Shown piece after piece: positions 40,019-49,949 of a stretch of 64,000 nt of DNA. The notes beneath the pieces are model-generated. The model did not search any database and had not been told where the DNA came from. It saw nothing but the letters and a program-made list of their open reading frames with translations. The stretch is taken from IMG/VR virus record IMGVR_UViG_3300046007_008038. One strand, given 5' to 3'. A program made the translations under genes and the position numbers. The number at the start of each line of letters is the position of its first letter. Positions within the stretch are counted from its first letter, which is position 1. The stretch is from an uncultured virus (IMG/VR IMGVR_UViG_3300046007_008038) (taxonomy: Duplodnaviria; Heunggongvirae; Uroviricota; Caudoviricetes).

Positions 40019-40243
40019 ATGTTTAAATATAGATCTAAATGTAAATGGAATCAATTATTAAGTATAAATAATAAAATAGTTGAAATTAGACCGGGAGAAT
40101 TTTTTGAAGCTTCTCATCAAGTGGATTCACCTTTTATAGAATTAATTTTAGAGCCTAAAATAAACATAGACTTAAAAAAGAAAAGAGTTGTAGAAGATGT
40201 CAACACCAGTGATAGCCAAGCCAAAGATATTGGGTTACGGTGA
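40019..40243 (+). CDS. small hypothetical protein
   Basis: GGGAG RBS before ATG 40019 (MFKYRSKC...). Confidence 0.65.
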   Translation: MFKYRSKCKWNQLLSINNKIVEIRPGEFFEASHQVDSPFIELILEPKINIDLKKKRVVEDVNTSDSQAKDIGLR

Positions 40244-41072
40244 TTCTTTTGGAACCTATGGAGGTAGGTTACTAACAGATACTATAACCAATGGCGAAAT
40301 AAAAACTGAAGAACTTAATACAGGACTTCTACAAGATGGTGTTGAATTTAATAGATTTGAATTATCTATAAGAGATTACATCTTAGCTAGATTAGGGCAT
40401 CCTGTTGTAAGAGTAGAGTTAAGTTCTTTTCAATTAAAAAGTTCCATAGAAGAATCTATAAATAAGTTTTCTTACCATGCACCTTTTTGGAACAGGCAGT
40501 TTGCAGCATTTGAGGCATCTGCTGGAATAAATCAATACATCCTTCCTCCACACATAGCACATAATCTAACTTATGTTGTTCATAGAAAAACATTACTAAC
40601 ACTACAACAAGCAACACATGATTTGGAATTTGATTTTTTTATAAAATATTTCCAAGATAATTTTATTTATGGTGATTTTAGAATCGGAGATTTTTATTTG
40701 ATGCAATCACACTTAGAACTAGCAAAAAAAGTTTTAGGTCAAGAAGGTGCATTTGATTTAATAAACGGTAATCTATTGCAAATATATCCTGCTCCAGTAA
40801 TAAATGGAGAAAAAGTTATTTTAGAGTTTAGAGCAATTGATACAAACACAATACACCCTGCGTATAGAAATTGGATACAAAAATATGCATTAGCAATAGC
40901 CAAAGGTATACTTGGGGAAATAAGAGGAAAGTATAACTCAATTCCATCTCCCGGTGGAGGAGCTAATTTGAATGGTACTGCTTTGTTACAAGCAAGCCAA
41001 CAAGAAAAACAAACTTTGGAAGAAGAACTTCGTAGCGAATTCGAAGAACCCCCAACATTTACAGTATGGTGA
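40197..41072 (+). CDS. gp13: neck protein gp13-like
   Basis: DYILARLGHPVVRVEL, WIQKYALA, RGKY..IPSPGGGANLNG, EEPP. Confidence 0.85.
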   Translation: MSTPVIAKPKILGYGDSFGTYGGRLLTDTITNGEIKTEELNTGLLQDGVEFNRFELSIRDYILARLGHPVVRVELSSFQLKSSIEESINKFSYHAPFWNRQFAAFEASAGINQYILPPHIAHNLTYVVHRKTLLTLQQATHDLEFDFFIKYFQDNFIYGDFRIGDFYLMQSHLELAKKVLGQEGAFDLINGNLLQIYPAPVINGEKVILEFRAIDTNTIHPAYRNWIQKYALAIAKGILGEIRGKYNSIPSPGGGANLNGTALLQASQQEKQTLEEELRSEFEEPPTFTVW

Positions 41073-41075
41073 TAT

Positions 41076-41615
41076 ATGCCTTTAAAATCAGGATCAAGTA
41101 AAAAAGTAGTTAGTAGTAACATCAAAGAGATGATGAAAAAATATAAGAAGAAAGGAACTATTGGTACAAGCAAACCTGCAAGCTCTAAGAAAGCTCAGAA
41201 GCAAGCTGTAGCAATAGCTTTATCTAAAGCCAGAGAATCAGTTGAGTTAGCAGGGAAGTTGCTAAATGAGGAAAATGAAGTAAGTCCATTTTGGAAAGAA
41301 GTAAGAAAAGCTGCGATGGGTCCAAAAGGTGAAAAACCAAAACCAAAAGATTTGCCCAGACCAAAACCTCCAATAACGAGTCGCTCCCCAAAAGAAGGTG
41401 GGCCTGTTTTAGGTCCTAAAGGTCCTTTTGGAAAAAAGAAATCTAGACAAGATTCATCAACAGAATATTACGGAACTCAACTAATAGAAAAACTTTGTGC
41501 TAAAGGTAAGGCTGCTGCTAAACGCAAGTTTGATGTTTACCCTTCTGCATACGCAAACATGTACGCTTCAGCAGTTTGCTCGGGGAAGGTTAAACCCGGG
41601 GGTAAGAAAAAATGA
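41076..41615 (+). CDS. basic modular hypothetical protein
   Basis: MPLKSG..KQAVAIALSKA and AKRKFDVYPSAYAN modules of the kind common in phage DUFs. Confidence 0.7.
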   Translation: MPLKSGSSKKVVSSNIKEMMKKYKKKGTIGTSKPASSKKAQKQAVAIALSKARESVELAGKLLNEENEVSPFWKEVRKAAMGPKGEKPKPKDLPRPKPPITSRSPKEGGPVLGPKGPFGKKKSRQDSSTEYYGTQLIEKLCAKGKAAAKRKFDVYPSAYANMYASAVCSGKVKPGGKKK

Positions 41616-42199
41616 ATATAAATGAAGACTTGAGAAAATGGGTTGCTGAAAAATGGGTTGACATTGGAGCACCAAAAAAAGGTGGCGGGTTCAAGCCATG
41701 CGGAAGGCAAGAGGGGGAGAAGCGTAAAGGGTATCCTAAATGCGTGCCTTTAGCAAAAGCACATTCCATGTCTAAAGGTCAAAGAAAATCAGCAGTAAAA
41801 AGAAAAAGAGCAGCGGGGAATACAGGTCCTAAACCAACAAATGTAGCAACTTTTGCAAAGGGAAAAAAGAAAATGAATGACTCAATTGAAATATATTCTA
41901 ACTTTTTTATGCAGTTAATAGAAGGTACACCTGCTTGGCAAAGAAGCGAAGGAAAAAATCCAGAGGGTGGATTAAATAAAAAAGGAATAGCTTCCTACCG
42001 TGCTGCTAATCCGGGATCAAAACTTTCTATGGCTGTGACAACAAAACCTTCAAAATTAAAAAAAGGTTCTAAGTCTGCCAAGAGAAGGAAATCATTCTGT
42101 GCTCGAATGGGTGGAATGAAAAAAAGATTAACTTCTAGTAAAACTGCTAACGATCCTAACAGCAGAATAAATAAAGCATTAAGAAAGTGGAATTGTTAA
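41612..42199 (+). CDS. basic two-module hypothetical protein
   Basis: LRKW..EKWVDI..CGR..YPKCVP module plus AWQRSEGKNPEGGLN..RRKSFCARM..ALRKWNC module. Confidence 0.7.
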   Translation: MNINEDLRKWVAEKWVDIGAPKKGGGFKPCGRQEGEKRKGYPKCVPLAKAHSMSKGQRKSAVKRKRAAGNTGPKPTNVATFAKGKKKMNDSIEIYSNFFMQLIEGTPAWQRSEGKNPEGGLNKKGIASYRAANPGSKLSMAVTTKPSKLKKGSKSAKRRKSFCARMGGMKKRLTSSKTANDPNSRINKALRKWNC

Positions 42200-42202
42200 T
42201 AA

Positions 42203-42775
42203 ATGACAAATAAAAAAGATAATTTTAAAATTACTACTAAACTCCCAGAACTTCCAGATATAGACTCGGAAGAATCGGAGTTAAGTTTATTTGATCAAAA
42301 CAATCCAGATACCAACTTATTTAATTTAGTAGATGATGAATTAATCAAATTAGGTGGAAGTAAAATGCACTTCTACAAGTATAATCAATCAGTTGATTTT
42401 GATCCTGTTTATATGGAATCCAGAAATAAACCATTGTCAAAGATTCCAATACTAGTTCACGGCCATTACGAACCAGAAGCACTTAATGAAAATTTAACTA
42501 ATTTTGGTGTAGAATTAAACAGTAATCAAATATTTACTTTTAATAAATCTTATATTGAAAGAAAATTAGGTAGATCAGTAATTCCCGGAGATGTAATTAA
42601 ACCCTTGTTCCAAAATCAAAAGTATCAAATCTTCCAAGTAGTTGAAGATTCTTTTGAGGCTTATGGAGTTTATCACTTAGTTTGTAATGCTAAATTACTA
42701 AGGGATAATACTGAAACAGTTGATACACCTTTAAATAAAATTTCTGATCCATTAGGAGGTTACAGCCACGAATGA
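42203..42775 (+). CDS. gp14: neck protein gp14-like
   Basis: ELIKLGG, DPVYMES, LTNFG, PGDVI, FQIFQV-like strand; gene order. Confidence 0.7.
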   Translation: MTNKKDNFKITTKLPELPDIDSEESELSLFDQNNPDTNLFNLVDDELIKLGGSKMHFYKYNQSVDFDPVYMESRNKPLSKIPILVHGHYEPEALNENLTNFGVELNSNQIFTFNKSYIERKLGRSVIPGDVIKPLFQNQKYQIFQVVEDSFEAYGVYHLVCNAKLLRDNTETVDTPLNKISDPLGGYSHE

Positions 42776-43518
42776 GTACTTCAGGAATTGAAATTATTTT
42801 ACGCAATGAATCTATACTTGGACAAACTGAGATAGGTTCTTTAAGTAGTAGAAGTGATAGTTATTTAACTAGAGAATCTTATATTAGAAATGAGATACTA
42901 AAAATAACAAAAAAAGAATCGACCATATCAGGAATATACAAAGAATTATTAAGATCTATAATTAACTTTTTCTCTGACTTGGTTTGCATCAATGATGAAA
43001 ATAATATAGTTAATGTTAAATGTATTTATGCAAATCCAGAAAGAGCCATAGCAAAAATACAACAAGAGAATAATATTATATTACCCATAGTTTCTGTATC
43101 GCAAGAAAAATCAGCCTTAGATAGTGCTAGATCTAGGTACAAAACCTTATTAATACATGAAACTAAGTATGACCCTGTAAAAAATAGAGCGATTCGTATA
43201 TTAAGTTTAGCCCCAGTTCCAGTAGAAATAACTTACAATGTTAATGTTTGGTGTAAGTATAAATCAGACTTAGATCAAATAGTAGAACAAATTAGATTAA
43301 AATTTAATCCAGATGCTGATTTAAGTATTCCCGGGCATAATTTAGTAAAGGCTTATTTAGGTGAGGATGGTTCTACTGCTCAAGATTTACAAGCAGAAGA
43401 TAAAGATGATAGGATAATAAAAAGAAGTTATACAGTAACAGTATCGACATATTTAAATAATCCTAAGTTTATTTTAACCTCAAATGGAGCTATAGAAAGA
43501 TTAAATTTAGAATTTTAA
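42772..43518 (+). CDS. gp15: tail terminator / sheath stabiliser gp15-like
   Basis: ILPIVS, PVPVEITY, DLDQIVEQIRLKFNP. Confidence 0.75.
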   Translation: MSTSGIEIILRNESILGQTEIGSLSSRSDSYLTRESYIRNEILKITKKESTISGIYKELLRSIINFFSDLVCINDENNIVNVKCIYANPERAIAKIQQENNIILPIVSVSQEKSALDSARSRYKTLLIHETKYDPVKNRAIRILSLAPVPVEITYNVNVWCKYKSDLDQIVEQIRLKFNPDADLSIPGHNLVKAYLGEDGSTAQDLQAEDKDDRIIKRSYTVTVSTYLNNPKFILTSNGAIERLNLEF

Positions 43519-43572
43519 AAAAATATTTCTAAAAATAATTTGTATTAGAGTACATAATCAGGAGAGTTAATT

Positions 43573-43749
43573 ATGAAACTAGTAAAAAACACAAGCTTGC
43601 AATCATTTACCATATTCTTCTCAACCGAAAAAGGTTGTGATGAAAGATGGTTAAAACCCGGAGAAGGTGTAGTTGTTCCTGACCATTACATCACCGAACA
43701 AGTATTAAATTTAGCAAAAAAAAGAATACTCAAAATAGTTAACGCTTGA
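43573..43749 (+). CDS. 58-aa hypothetical protein (below ORF-track cutoff)
   Basis: AGGAGA RBS; MKLVKNTSLQSFTIFF...RILKIVNA*; fills gap before sheath. Confidence 0.7.
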   Translation: MKLVKNTSLQSFTIFFSTEKGCDERWLKPGEGVVVPDHYITEQVLNLAKKRILKIVNA

Positions 43750-43761
43750 TAGGAGATAATT

Positions 43762-45891
43762 ATGCCAAACTTTGTTAGCCCCGGTGTATATGTCATAGAA
43801 AAAGATCTTTCAGAGTACACGCCATCTCTGAATAGTTCCGTAGTTGGTGTTGTTGGATTCGCCTCCAAAGGACCAGTAAACGAAGCTACATTAATAACAA
43901 GCCAGAATCAATTAATAGACACTTTCGGTCCTCCAAGTGAAGACATTTATGGACAAGGATTAGAAGGCTCATTAGAAATACTGGAGACAACAAACTCAAT
44001 GTATTTCGTTAGAGCAGCAGCAACTTCAGCAGTGGAAGCTTCTGCCGCAGTTACTTTTGGAGCTTGCCCAGCCGTAATTGTTTCTGGTAATCAATATGGA
44101 TTAACACAAAATATTTACTTGGATATTCAAGTAAAAAATAATGCTGGTATAGAACAATTTGCTTCTGCTAAACAATTTAATATACCATCAGGCACTTTAA
44201 CTGCTGGAGATCCCGGTGCTTGCCAAGCTAGAGCATTAAAGAAAGTAATAGGTGGTTCTTTAGATGCGGACCCTGTTGGTGTTTTTGATAACAATTCAGA
44301 TACTGGATTAGGATTATCTGGAGCTTTAGTTGGGTCTTTTGCAGGATCTGGAGCTTCTTTGAGTGTTACTTCTTGGACTTCTTCTGCAAGAACGACAGGG
44401 GCTGCGGTTCTATTCCCTGTTAGACACTCTACTGGATCAACTAGTTTCGGAGCATCTGGAGCTGGAGTATCATCCATAACTGTTTATGGTGCAACATTTG
44501 ATGCGTTGACTGCTAGCGGATTAACTTACTTAGTTGAGACTTTATATCCCGGAGCAGGCTACAATGCAGGAACTACTGTTGATGGGGATACTAGCGGAAA
44601 CTCAATTACCATTAGAGGTTTGGGTGCTGGTAACTTTGCTGTAGATATTAATGAGAATGGTGCTGTAGCTGAAAACTTTAAAGCATCACTATTTGCAAGT
44701 GGAGCATTCCTAGAAGATGTAATTAATACTGGGGCAACTAATGCTACATCTAAGTATATCCAAGGAAACTTGTATGCTGAAAATGGAGACATTGCAACGG
44801 TCACGAAACTCAATAACTTTGCAAGCCAAGTAAGTGGTTTGGTTGGCGCATCTTTTGATAATCTAAAAGGTACTCAACCCGGAGCATTTACAGGCGCTGC
44901 TTGCATAGAGTCTCGCTTCGTAAAAGCAGTAGAAGGTACTTACGATTTAGCTGGTGGTGATAATGGAATTCCAGAATCAACTGATGGTAAAGCAACAGTT
45001 CTCATTGGTGATGCTACCACAGAACCTAAGACTGGACTCTATGCTTTAGATGATGATTTACTAAACATCAGCATTGCTTTAATCCCCGGAGTCTATAATC
45101 AAAGCGTTCAAAATGCTCTCGTTACATTAGCTGAAACAAGCCAAAACTTCCTTGCGTTGGTTTCTCCTCCTTATGGAATAGGAACAGTGCAGGATGCCAT
45201 AGATTGGTCTAATGGTAAATCTTCTAGCACTGCTGGATCAAGAACTGCTGCCATAAATAGTTCTTATGCAGCAATCTATTTCCCACATGTGAAAGTGTTC
45301 AGCACATTCGATGGTAAGGATCGTTGGTATGATCCAACAATCTTTGCTGCTAGACAAATGGCTTTCACTGATAGCGTATCAGAAACTTGGTTTGCTCCTG
45401 CCGGATTCGTCCGTGGAAGACTTACTAAACCCACTGATGTTGAAGTTAAACTCAACCAAGGTGATAGAGATACAATGTATAGTGGCGGAAATGTTATAAA
45501 CCCTGTTGTCAACTTTGCTCAACAAGGTATAACAATCTTTGGTCAAAGAACAGCCCAAAGAGATCCTTCAGCCTTGGATAGAGTTAACATCAGAAGAATG
45601 ATGATTTACATTAGAAAGGTTATCTTGGCTTCAACAAGAAGACTTGTATTCGAACCTAATGATGAGTTTACTTGGGCAAGAGTTGAAAGCTTACTCAATC
45701 CATTCTTCGCTGACATTGCTCAAAGAAGAGGTATTACACAATTCAAAGTTGTTTGCGACTCCACAACAAACACTCCAATAAGAATTGATAGAAATGAAAT
45801 GTGGTGCAAGGTTTTAATTAAACCTACTAAGACTGCTGAAATCGTAGTCTTTGAACTTAACCTTACAAATCAATCAGCACAAATAGGTTGA
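43762..45891 (+). CDS. gp18: tail sheath protein gp18
   Basis: FVSPGVYVIEKDLS, KGP, WFAPAG..RG, INPV, DRVNIRR, FEPND. Confidence 0.97.
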   Translation: MPNFVSPGVYVIEKDLSEYTPSLNSSVVGVVGFASKGPVNEATLITSQNQLIDTFGPPSEDIYGQGLEGSLEILETTNSMYFVRAAATSAVEASAAVTFGACPAVIVSGNQYGLTQNIYLDIQVKNNAGIEQFASAKQFNIPSGTLTAGDPGACQARALKKVIGGSLDADPVGVFDNNSDTGLGLSGALVGSFAGSGASLSVTSWTSSARTTGAAVLFPVRHSTGSTSFGASGAGVSSITVYGATFDALTASGLTYLVETLYPGAGYNAGTTVDGDTSGNSITIRGLGAGNFAVDINENGAVAENFKASLFASGAFLEDVINTGATNATSKYIQGNLYAENGDIATVTKLNNFASQVSGLVGASFDNLKGTQPGAFTGAACIESRFVKAVEGTYDLAGGDNGIPESTDGKATVLIGDATTEPKTGLYALDDDLLNISIALIPGVYNQSVQNALVTLAETSQNFLALVSPPYGIGTVQDAIDWSNGKSSSTAGSRTAAINSSYAAIYFPHVKVFSTFDGKDRWYDPTIFAARQMAFTDSVSETWFAPAGFVRGRLTKPTDVEVKLNQGDRDTMYSGGNVINPVVNFAQQGITIFGQRTAQRDPSALDRVNIRRMMIYIRKVILASTRRLVFEPNDEFTWARVESLLNPFFADIAQRRGITQFKVVCDSTTNTPIRIDRNEMWCKVLIKPTKTAEIVVFELNLTNQSAQIG

Positions 45892-45903
45892 TAAGGAGAT
45901 TAT

Positions 45904-46494
45904 ATGGCAACTTATTCTGACTACCGTGGCGCGATAAATGCAGAAAGCCCAACACCTTTAAAAATTTCTACTTCACTTGATGCAATAAGATCATATCAAT
46001 TTGAAGTAGATTTTAGAAATATTCCTGCTCTAGGAGATTACAAGGAAGGCGATCTACAGATTGGTGTTAATAAAGTAACTGCTTATGGACCAAAAATAGA
46101 CATGGTTGAAATCCATAGGGTAAATGATATTGTTAAATATCCCGGAAAGATGAAATTTGAAGGGTTATCAATTACATTCGATAATCAATTATTAATCCCA
46201 CAATATGCTCATCTTTGGGAATATATCAAATCAGTCTTTAATCCATTAACTGGACAATACTACACTCCAGCGACTGGAGCTAGATCAATTGCTTCAATTA
46301 AAACTTCTAAGATAATAGTGCGTCAATTAAGTGGGCAAAATACTCCAATATCTGAAACAACCTTCTGGGGAGTATTTCCTATGGAGTATGCAATAGCAGA
46401 ACAAAAATACTCTGAATCAAATACAGTCAATACCATAGATGTTAAGTTCTCCTTTGATACTATGGATATAAGAACTATCACAAAGCCTCAGTGA
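45904..46494 (+). CDS. gp19: tail tube protein gp19
   Basis: KYPGK..F..LSITF, GVFP, IDVKFSFD; follows sheath. Confidence 0.85.
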   Translation: MATYSDYRGAINAESPTPLKISTSLDAIRSYQFEVDFRNIPALGDYKEGDLQIGVNKVTAYGPKIDMVEIHRVNDIVKYPGKMKFEGLSITFDNQLLIPQYAHLWEYIKSVFNPLTGQYYTPATGARSIASIKTSKIIVRQLSGQNTPISETTFWGVFPMEYAIAEQKYSESNTVNTIDVKFSFDTMDIRTITKPQ

Positions 46495-46510
46495 AATAAA
46501 TAAATATTAA

Positions 46511-46550
46511 AAAAATACCCAATCTAAAATATTTTAGATTGGGTATTTTT
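46511..46550. terminator. perfect 40-bp palindrome, probable bidirectional terminator
   Basis: AAAAATACCCAATCTAAAAT followed directly by its exact reverse complement. Confidence 0.8.
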
Positions 46551-46570
46551 CCTTAGAACTATAATATAAT

Positions 46571-49042
46571 ATGGATTACTTTAAACAATTACTAAATAGT
46601 TTTGATGATCTAAAAAAAAGGAAATTTAAATTAATTTATATCGAAGAGGCTGCTCAAATAAATCCACAGTTAAAAGTTAAAGCCGAAGATTATATTAATA
46701 GAGCAAAAGCAGCAGCTAGTGCAGAACCTCCAAATAATAAAGTATTAGTGCAAGAAATACCTGATTCTTATGTTTGGGTTGCTGTAGAAGGTAAGTCGGC
46801 GGGTAAAGTAGTTTTTAATGGATTTCCTGATTTTAGAAAAGGAAAAGGTATACCTGTAGAAGCTGCGGGTGCCGCAGGAGCTATGAACTTTGCTGAGTTT
46901 GCAAATTTATTAGGGGGACAATCACAAGGTTCTGAACAAGAGCAAGCATCACAAGAACAAGCCGCGCCTACTGAAGCATTGGTACAACAAGAACCTATTG
47001 TACCATTAATAAATGTAACACAAAATACCCTCCTTAATGCATTTAAAAAAATACAAAACTTTTGTAAAGAAAATCCTAATGCCCCAGTTTGTAATATTAA
47101 AAAATCAGGATTAGAAACTTCCACAGGAGAAAAATTTACTTCGTCTGCAAATACTGCGATATATGGAAGATTACAGCGTGCAACAAAAGTAACATTTAAT
47201 ACTGAAATAAATGGTTATGTAAAAGACAAATTAGAGGATGCAAATGTTGATATTGCAGCAGATGCTTACGATCTGTTAGTGGATACTGCTATAAAAAATA
47301 AAGATTCTTCGTGTGAATCTTTCCAATCCTCTATTTTTTATGTGGCTGGAGCAGAACCTCATCTTTTGCTTAAATCTAGTTCTGGAGAAAATTCCGAGGG
47401 GGTTGTTTTAAAAATAGGTCAGTATGAAAAACAACTTATAGAAATGGCAAAGCAAAATTGTAAAAAAATAAATAGGGTAAAATTAGAAACTATTTATAGC
47501 GGAGCAAAAAGCCAAGTAAAAGGTGCTTTGTCTGAGACTACAGTTGATTTTTATTATCTTTTAAAAAAATATAATTCAACATCAGATTTAAAAGAAAAAA
47601 GAAAAATTTCACAATTTGTAGCAGGTTATTTACAAGAAAAAATAGCTACAATAAAAACTATAGCAGATGAATTAGCATTGGTAGGTGAAGATCCTACTGA
47701 TGTTGAATCTGCATTTATTAATGAAGTTTTTAAAAATGATTCATTAGTGGTTAATGATTTGGTTCAAGTGAAAAAATTTATAGCGAGAGAAATGTTATAT
47801 CAATCAAGAGTAATAAATAGATTTTTTCCAAATGCATCATGTGCATACAATTCTTCTGATCCCGGTACAGCTAAAACAGGTGATCGTCCAGATAGACAAT
47901 TTATTTATACTGATAAAAATGCTGCAATGGCAGACTTATCTAAACAGAAAAGAGGAACCCAAAAAGTTCAAGAAACAACTTTAGGAAATTTAAAACAAGC
48001 TGTGCAAGCTAGATGTGCTGGAGCTATGTCTTGTCAAGAACAAAAAGATTTTGAAGCAATGTTATCTTCTGGTGGATTGATAGATAAATCAAATAACACT
48101 AAATTATATTTAATTTCTTCTGGACTAAAAAGATATAAAGAACTAGATGAAATAACATTAGGATCAATTGCTAGTTTGGATAGAATGGATCAATTATTTA
48201 CTCCTAATTATGGAGGAGATAATAGATTAGCAGAAGGATTCTTACAGTTAGTAGATCAAAAAATGGGGTTAGATCAAACATCTTATGATGCAGTTTTAGA
48301 AATACATAATGATTTAAAGACAACAAGAGAAGCTATTGAATCAACAATAACATCTAAGTATAACTTAACTACAGGAAAAAAACCAGACTTTGCGGATCCA
48401 AAACAAGTTTTAGAAAGAGTATCTCAAATATTAAAAGATAGAACATTAGAAACAAACACATCAGCTAAAGAAATAGTTAAGATGATTAAAAAAGCATCTA
48501 AATTAAAAAAAGATGAAACTGGAAAATATATAGATGAAAGTAATTTACTCGGTAGAATAGCAACAAAAATAAATAAATTTGATTTAATTAACAAATATCA
48601 AAAATTACTAACCTCTACTGATGCTAAAAAAAGAAAAGCTTGTGAAGATTATTTAATAAAACAAACATTAATTAGCGGTTCTACAATAGATGATAACATG
48701 TATCAAACAATTATTGCTGATGATGGGTCTACTTCTGTCATACGGCATAATGAAATTTTTGATTTATTATTAGAAGCTAGAAAGGCTGGAAATTTAAAAA
48801 TTGAAGTAACTGGAACAGGAGCTAAATTTTTATTTGCTGGAATGTACTTGGATTTAAATATTGGAACTAATAAAAATAGCATAGGATTAACATCTAAAAT
48901 AAAGAAACAAGTAATTTCACAACTAAATCAAACACCAGATATAAATTCTATCCCAATGACAGAAAATATAGAAAAAGAATTAATGTTATTTAAAGAATTT
49001 TTTAAGATACAAAATCAATTATTTAAACTAGTTAATAAATAA
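46571..49042 (+). CDS. large hypothetical protein
   Basis: 823-aa ORF, no recognised family. Confidence 0.7.
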   Translation: MDYFKQLLNSFDDLKKRKFKLIYIEEAAQINPQLKVKAEDYINRAKAAASAEPPNNKVLVQEIPDSYVWVAVEGKSAGKVVFNGFPDFRKGKGIPVEAAGAAGAMNFAEFANLLGGQSQGSEQEQASQEQAAPTEALVQQEPIVPLINVTQNTLLNAFKKIQNFCKENPNAPVCNIKKSGLETSTGEKFTSSANTAIYGRLQRATKVTFNTEINGYVKDKLEDANVDIAADAYDLLVDTAIKNKDSSCESFQSSIFYVAGAEPHLLLKSSSGENSEGVVLKIGQYEKQLIEMAKQNCKKINRVKLETIYSGAKSQVKGALSETTVDFYYLLKKYNSTSDLKEKRKISQFVAGYLQEKIATIKTIADELALVGEDPTDVESAFINEVFKNDSLVVNDLVQVKKFIAREMLYQSRVINRFFPNASCAYNSSDPGTAKTGDRPDRQFIYTDKNAAMADLSKQKRGTQKVQETTLGNLKQAVQARCAGAMSCQEQKDFEAMLSSGGLIDKSNNTKLYLISSGLKRYKELDEITLGSIASLDRMDQLFTPNYGGDNRLAEGFLQLVDQKMGLDQTSYDAVLEIHNDLKTTREAIESTITSKYNLTTGKKPDFADPKQVLERVSQILKDRTLETNTSAKEIVKMIKKASKLKKDETGKYIDESNLLGRIATKINKFDLINKYQKLLTSTDAKKRKACEDYLIKQTLISGSTIDDNMYQTIIADDGSTSVIRHNEIFDLLLEARKAGNLKIEVTGTGAKFLFAGMYLDLNIGTNKNSIGLTSKIKKQVISQLNQTPDINSIPMTENIEKELMLFKEFFKIQNQLFKLVNK

Positions 49043-49543
49043 AGAATCATTTAATTCTAGTATTTGATCAAGTATATTTATTTCATATTCCTCAAACCCT
49101 ATAGTATTATAGAGTTTGGGGAATATGTTTTTTCTAGAAATAATTATTATTGGTTGCCTATCTTGCTGAAAAATAATTATAAAATCTTTTTTTGCTCTAA
49201 CTGAATCTCTTTCAGCTTTCGTTATAAAATCCCACACTTCAGAACTCTTATTAAATAGACTGTAAATATTTGCTTTGTTATAGCCTTTTTTACATTCTAT
49301 AATAAATTTAAAGTTTAATGGAGTTATAAGATCCCCAAACATTTTCATATGATCTGGAAGATTATGCATTGTAGCAAATGCCCCAGATCCGGGAGTTCTT
49401 GCAAACTCTGTTGTATTAAATTTATTATTTAGCAAAGAACAAACTTTTCTTTCAAAAGAGTTTCCTTTAGAACGACTATTAAGTCTTTTCTTTTTGGACA
49501 ATTGCGATTTAAAAACATTAGGATCGAAAGAATCTTGTAACAT
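49028..49543 (-). CDS. Holliday junction resolvase-like PD-(D/E)XK nuclease
   Basis: SRSKGNSFERKV, RTPGSGA, GDL, IECK; ATG 49543 preferred. Confidence 0.75.
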   Translation of the reverse strand: MLQDSFDPNVFKSQLSKKKRLNSRSKGNSFERKVCSLLNNKFNTTEFARTPGSGAFATMHNLPDHMKMFGDLITPLNFKFIIECKKGYNKANIYSLFNKSSEVWDFITKAERDSVRAKKDFIIIFQQDRQPIIIISRKNIFPKLYNTIGFEEYEINILDQILELNDSLFIN

Positions 49544-49585
49544 ATGATACCTCTGAACTATAATAGTAGTGTTAGCGACAGTGAA

Positions 49586-49942
49586 ATGTCCACTGATGCA
49601 AAAATAAATGAAACCCAAAACTCCAATTTTGATTTTTCAAGATGGAAAATACGGCACCAAAGCCGAAGAGATGGTAATAACATGAGACTGATTATTAATT
49701 TGGACAAGGATCAATCCCTTGCATTCAAAAACTTTTCTAAGATTGTAAAACCTCAAGAAATATCTGATGATGATTTTTTAAAGACTATCTTCCTTACAGG
49801 GGTTGAAACCATGAATGATAAGTTAACTCAGATTATAAAACAATATGCAAAAGATAATAAAGCTGAGTTAGAAGCCTCTGGAATCTCCGTAATCGAAGGA
49901 GATGATGGTGATGTTAAGCTCCAAGAAACTCCAAACGAATGA
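49586..49942 (+). CDS. hypothetical protein
   Basis: ORF divergent from resolvase; start uncertain. Confidence 0.6.
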   Translation: MSTDAKINETQNSNFDFSRWKIRHQSRRDGNNMRLIINLDKDQSLAFKNFSKIVKPQEISDDDFLKTIFLTGVETMNDKLTQIIKQYAKDNKAELEASGISVIEGDDGDVKLQETPNE

Positions 49943-49949
49943 TCTTAGT

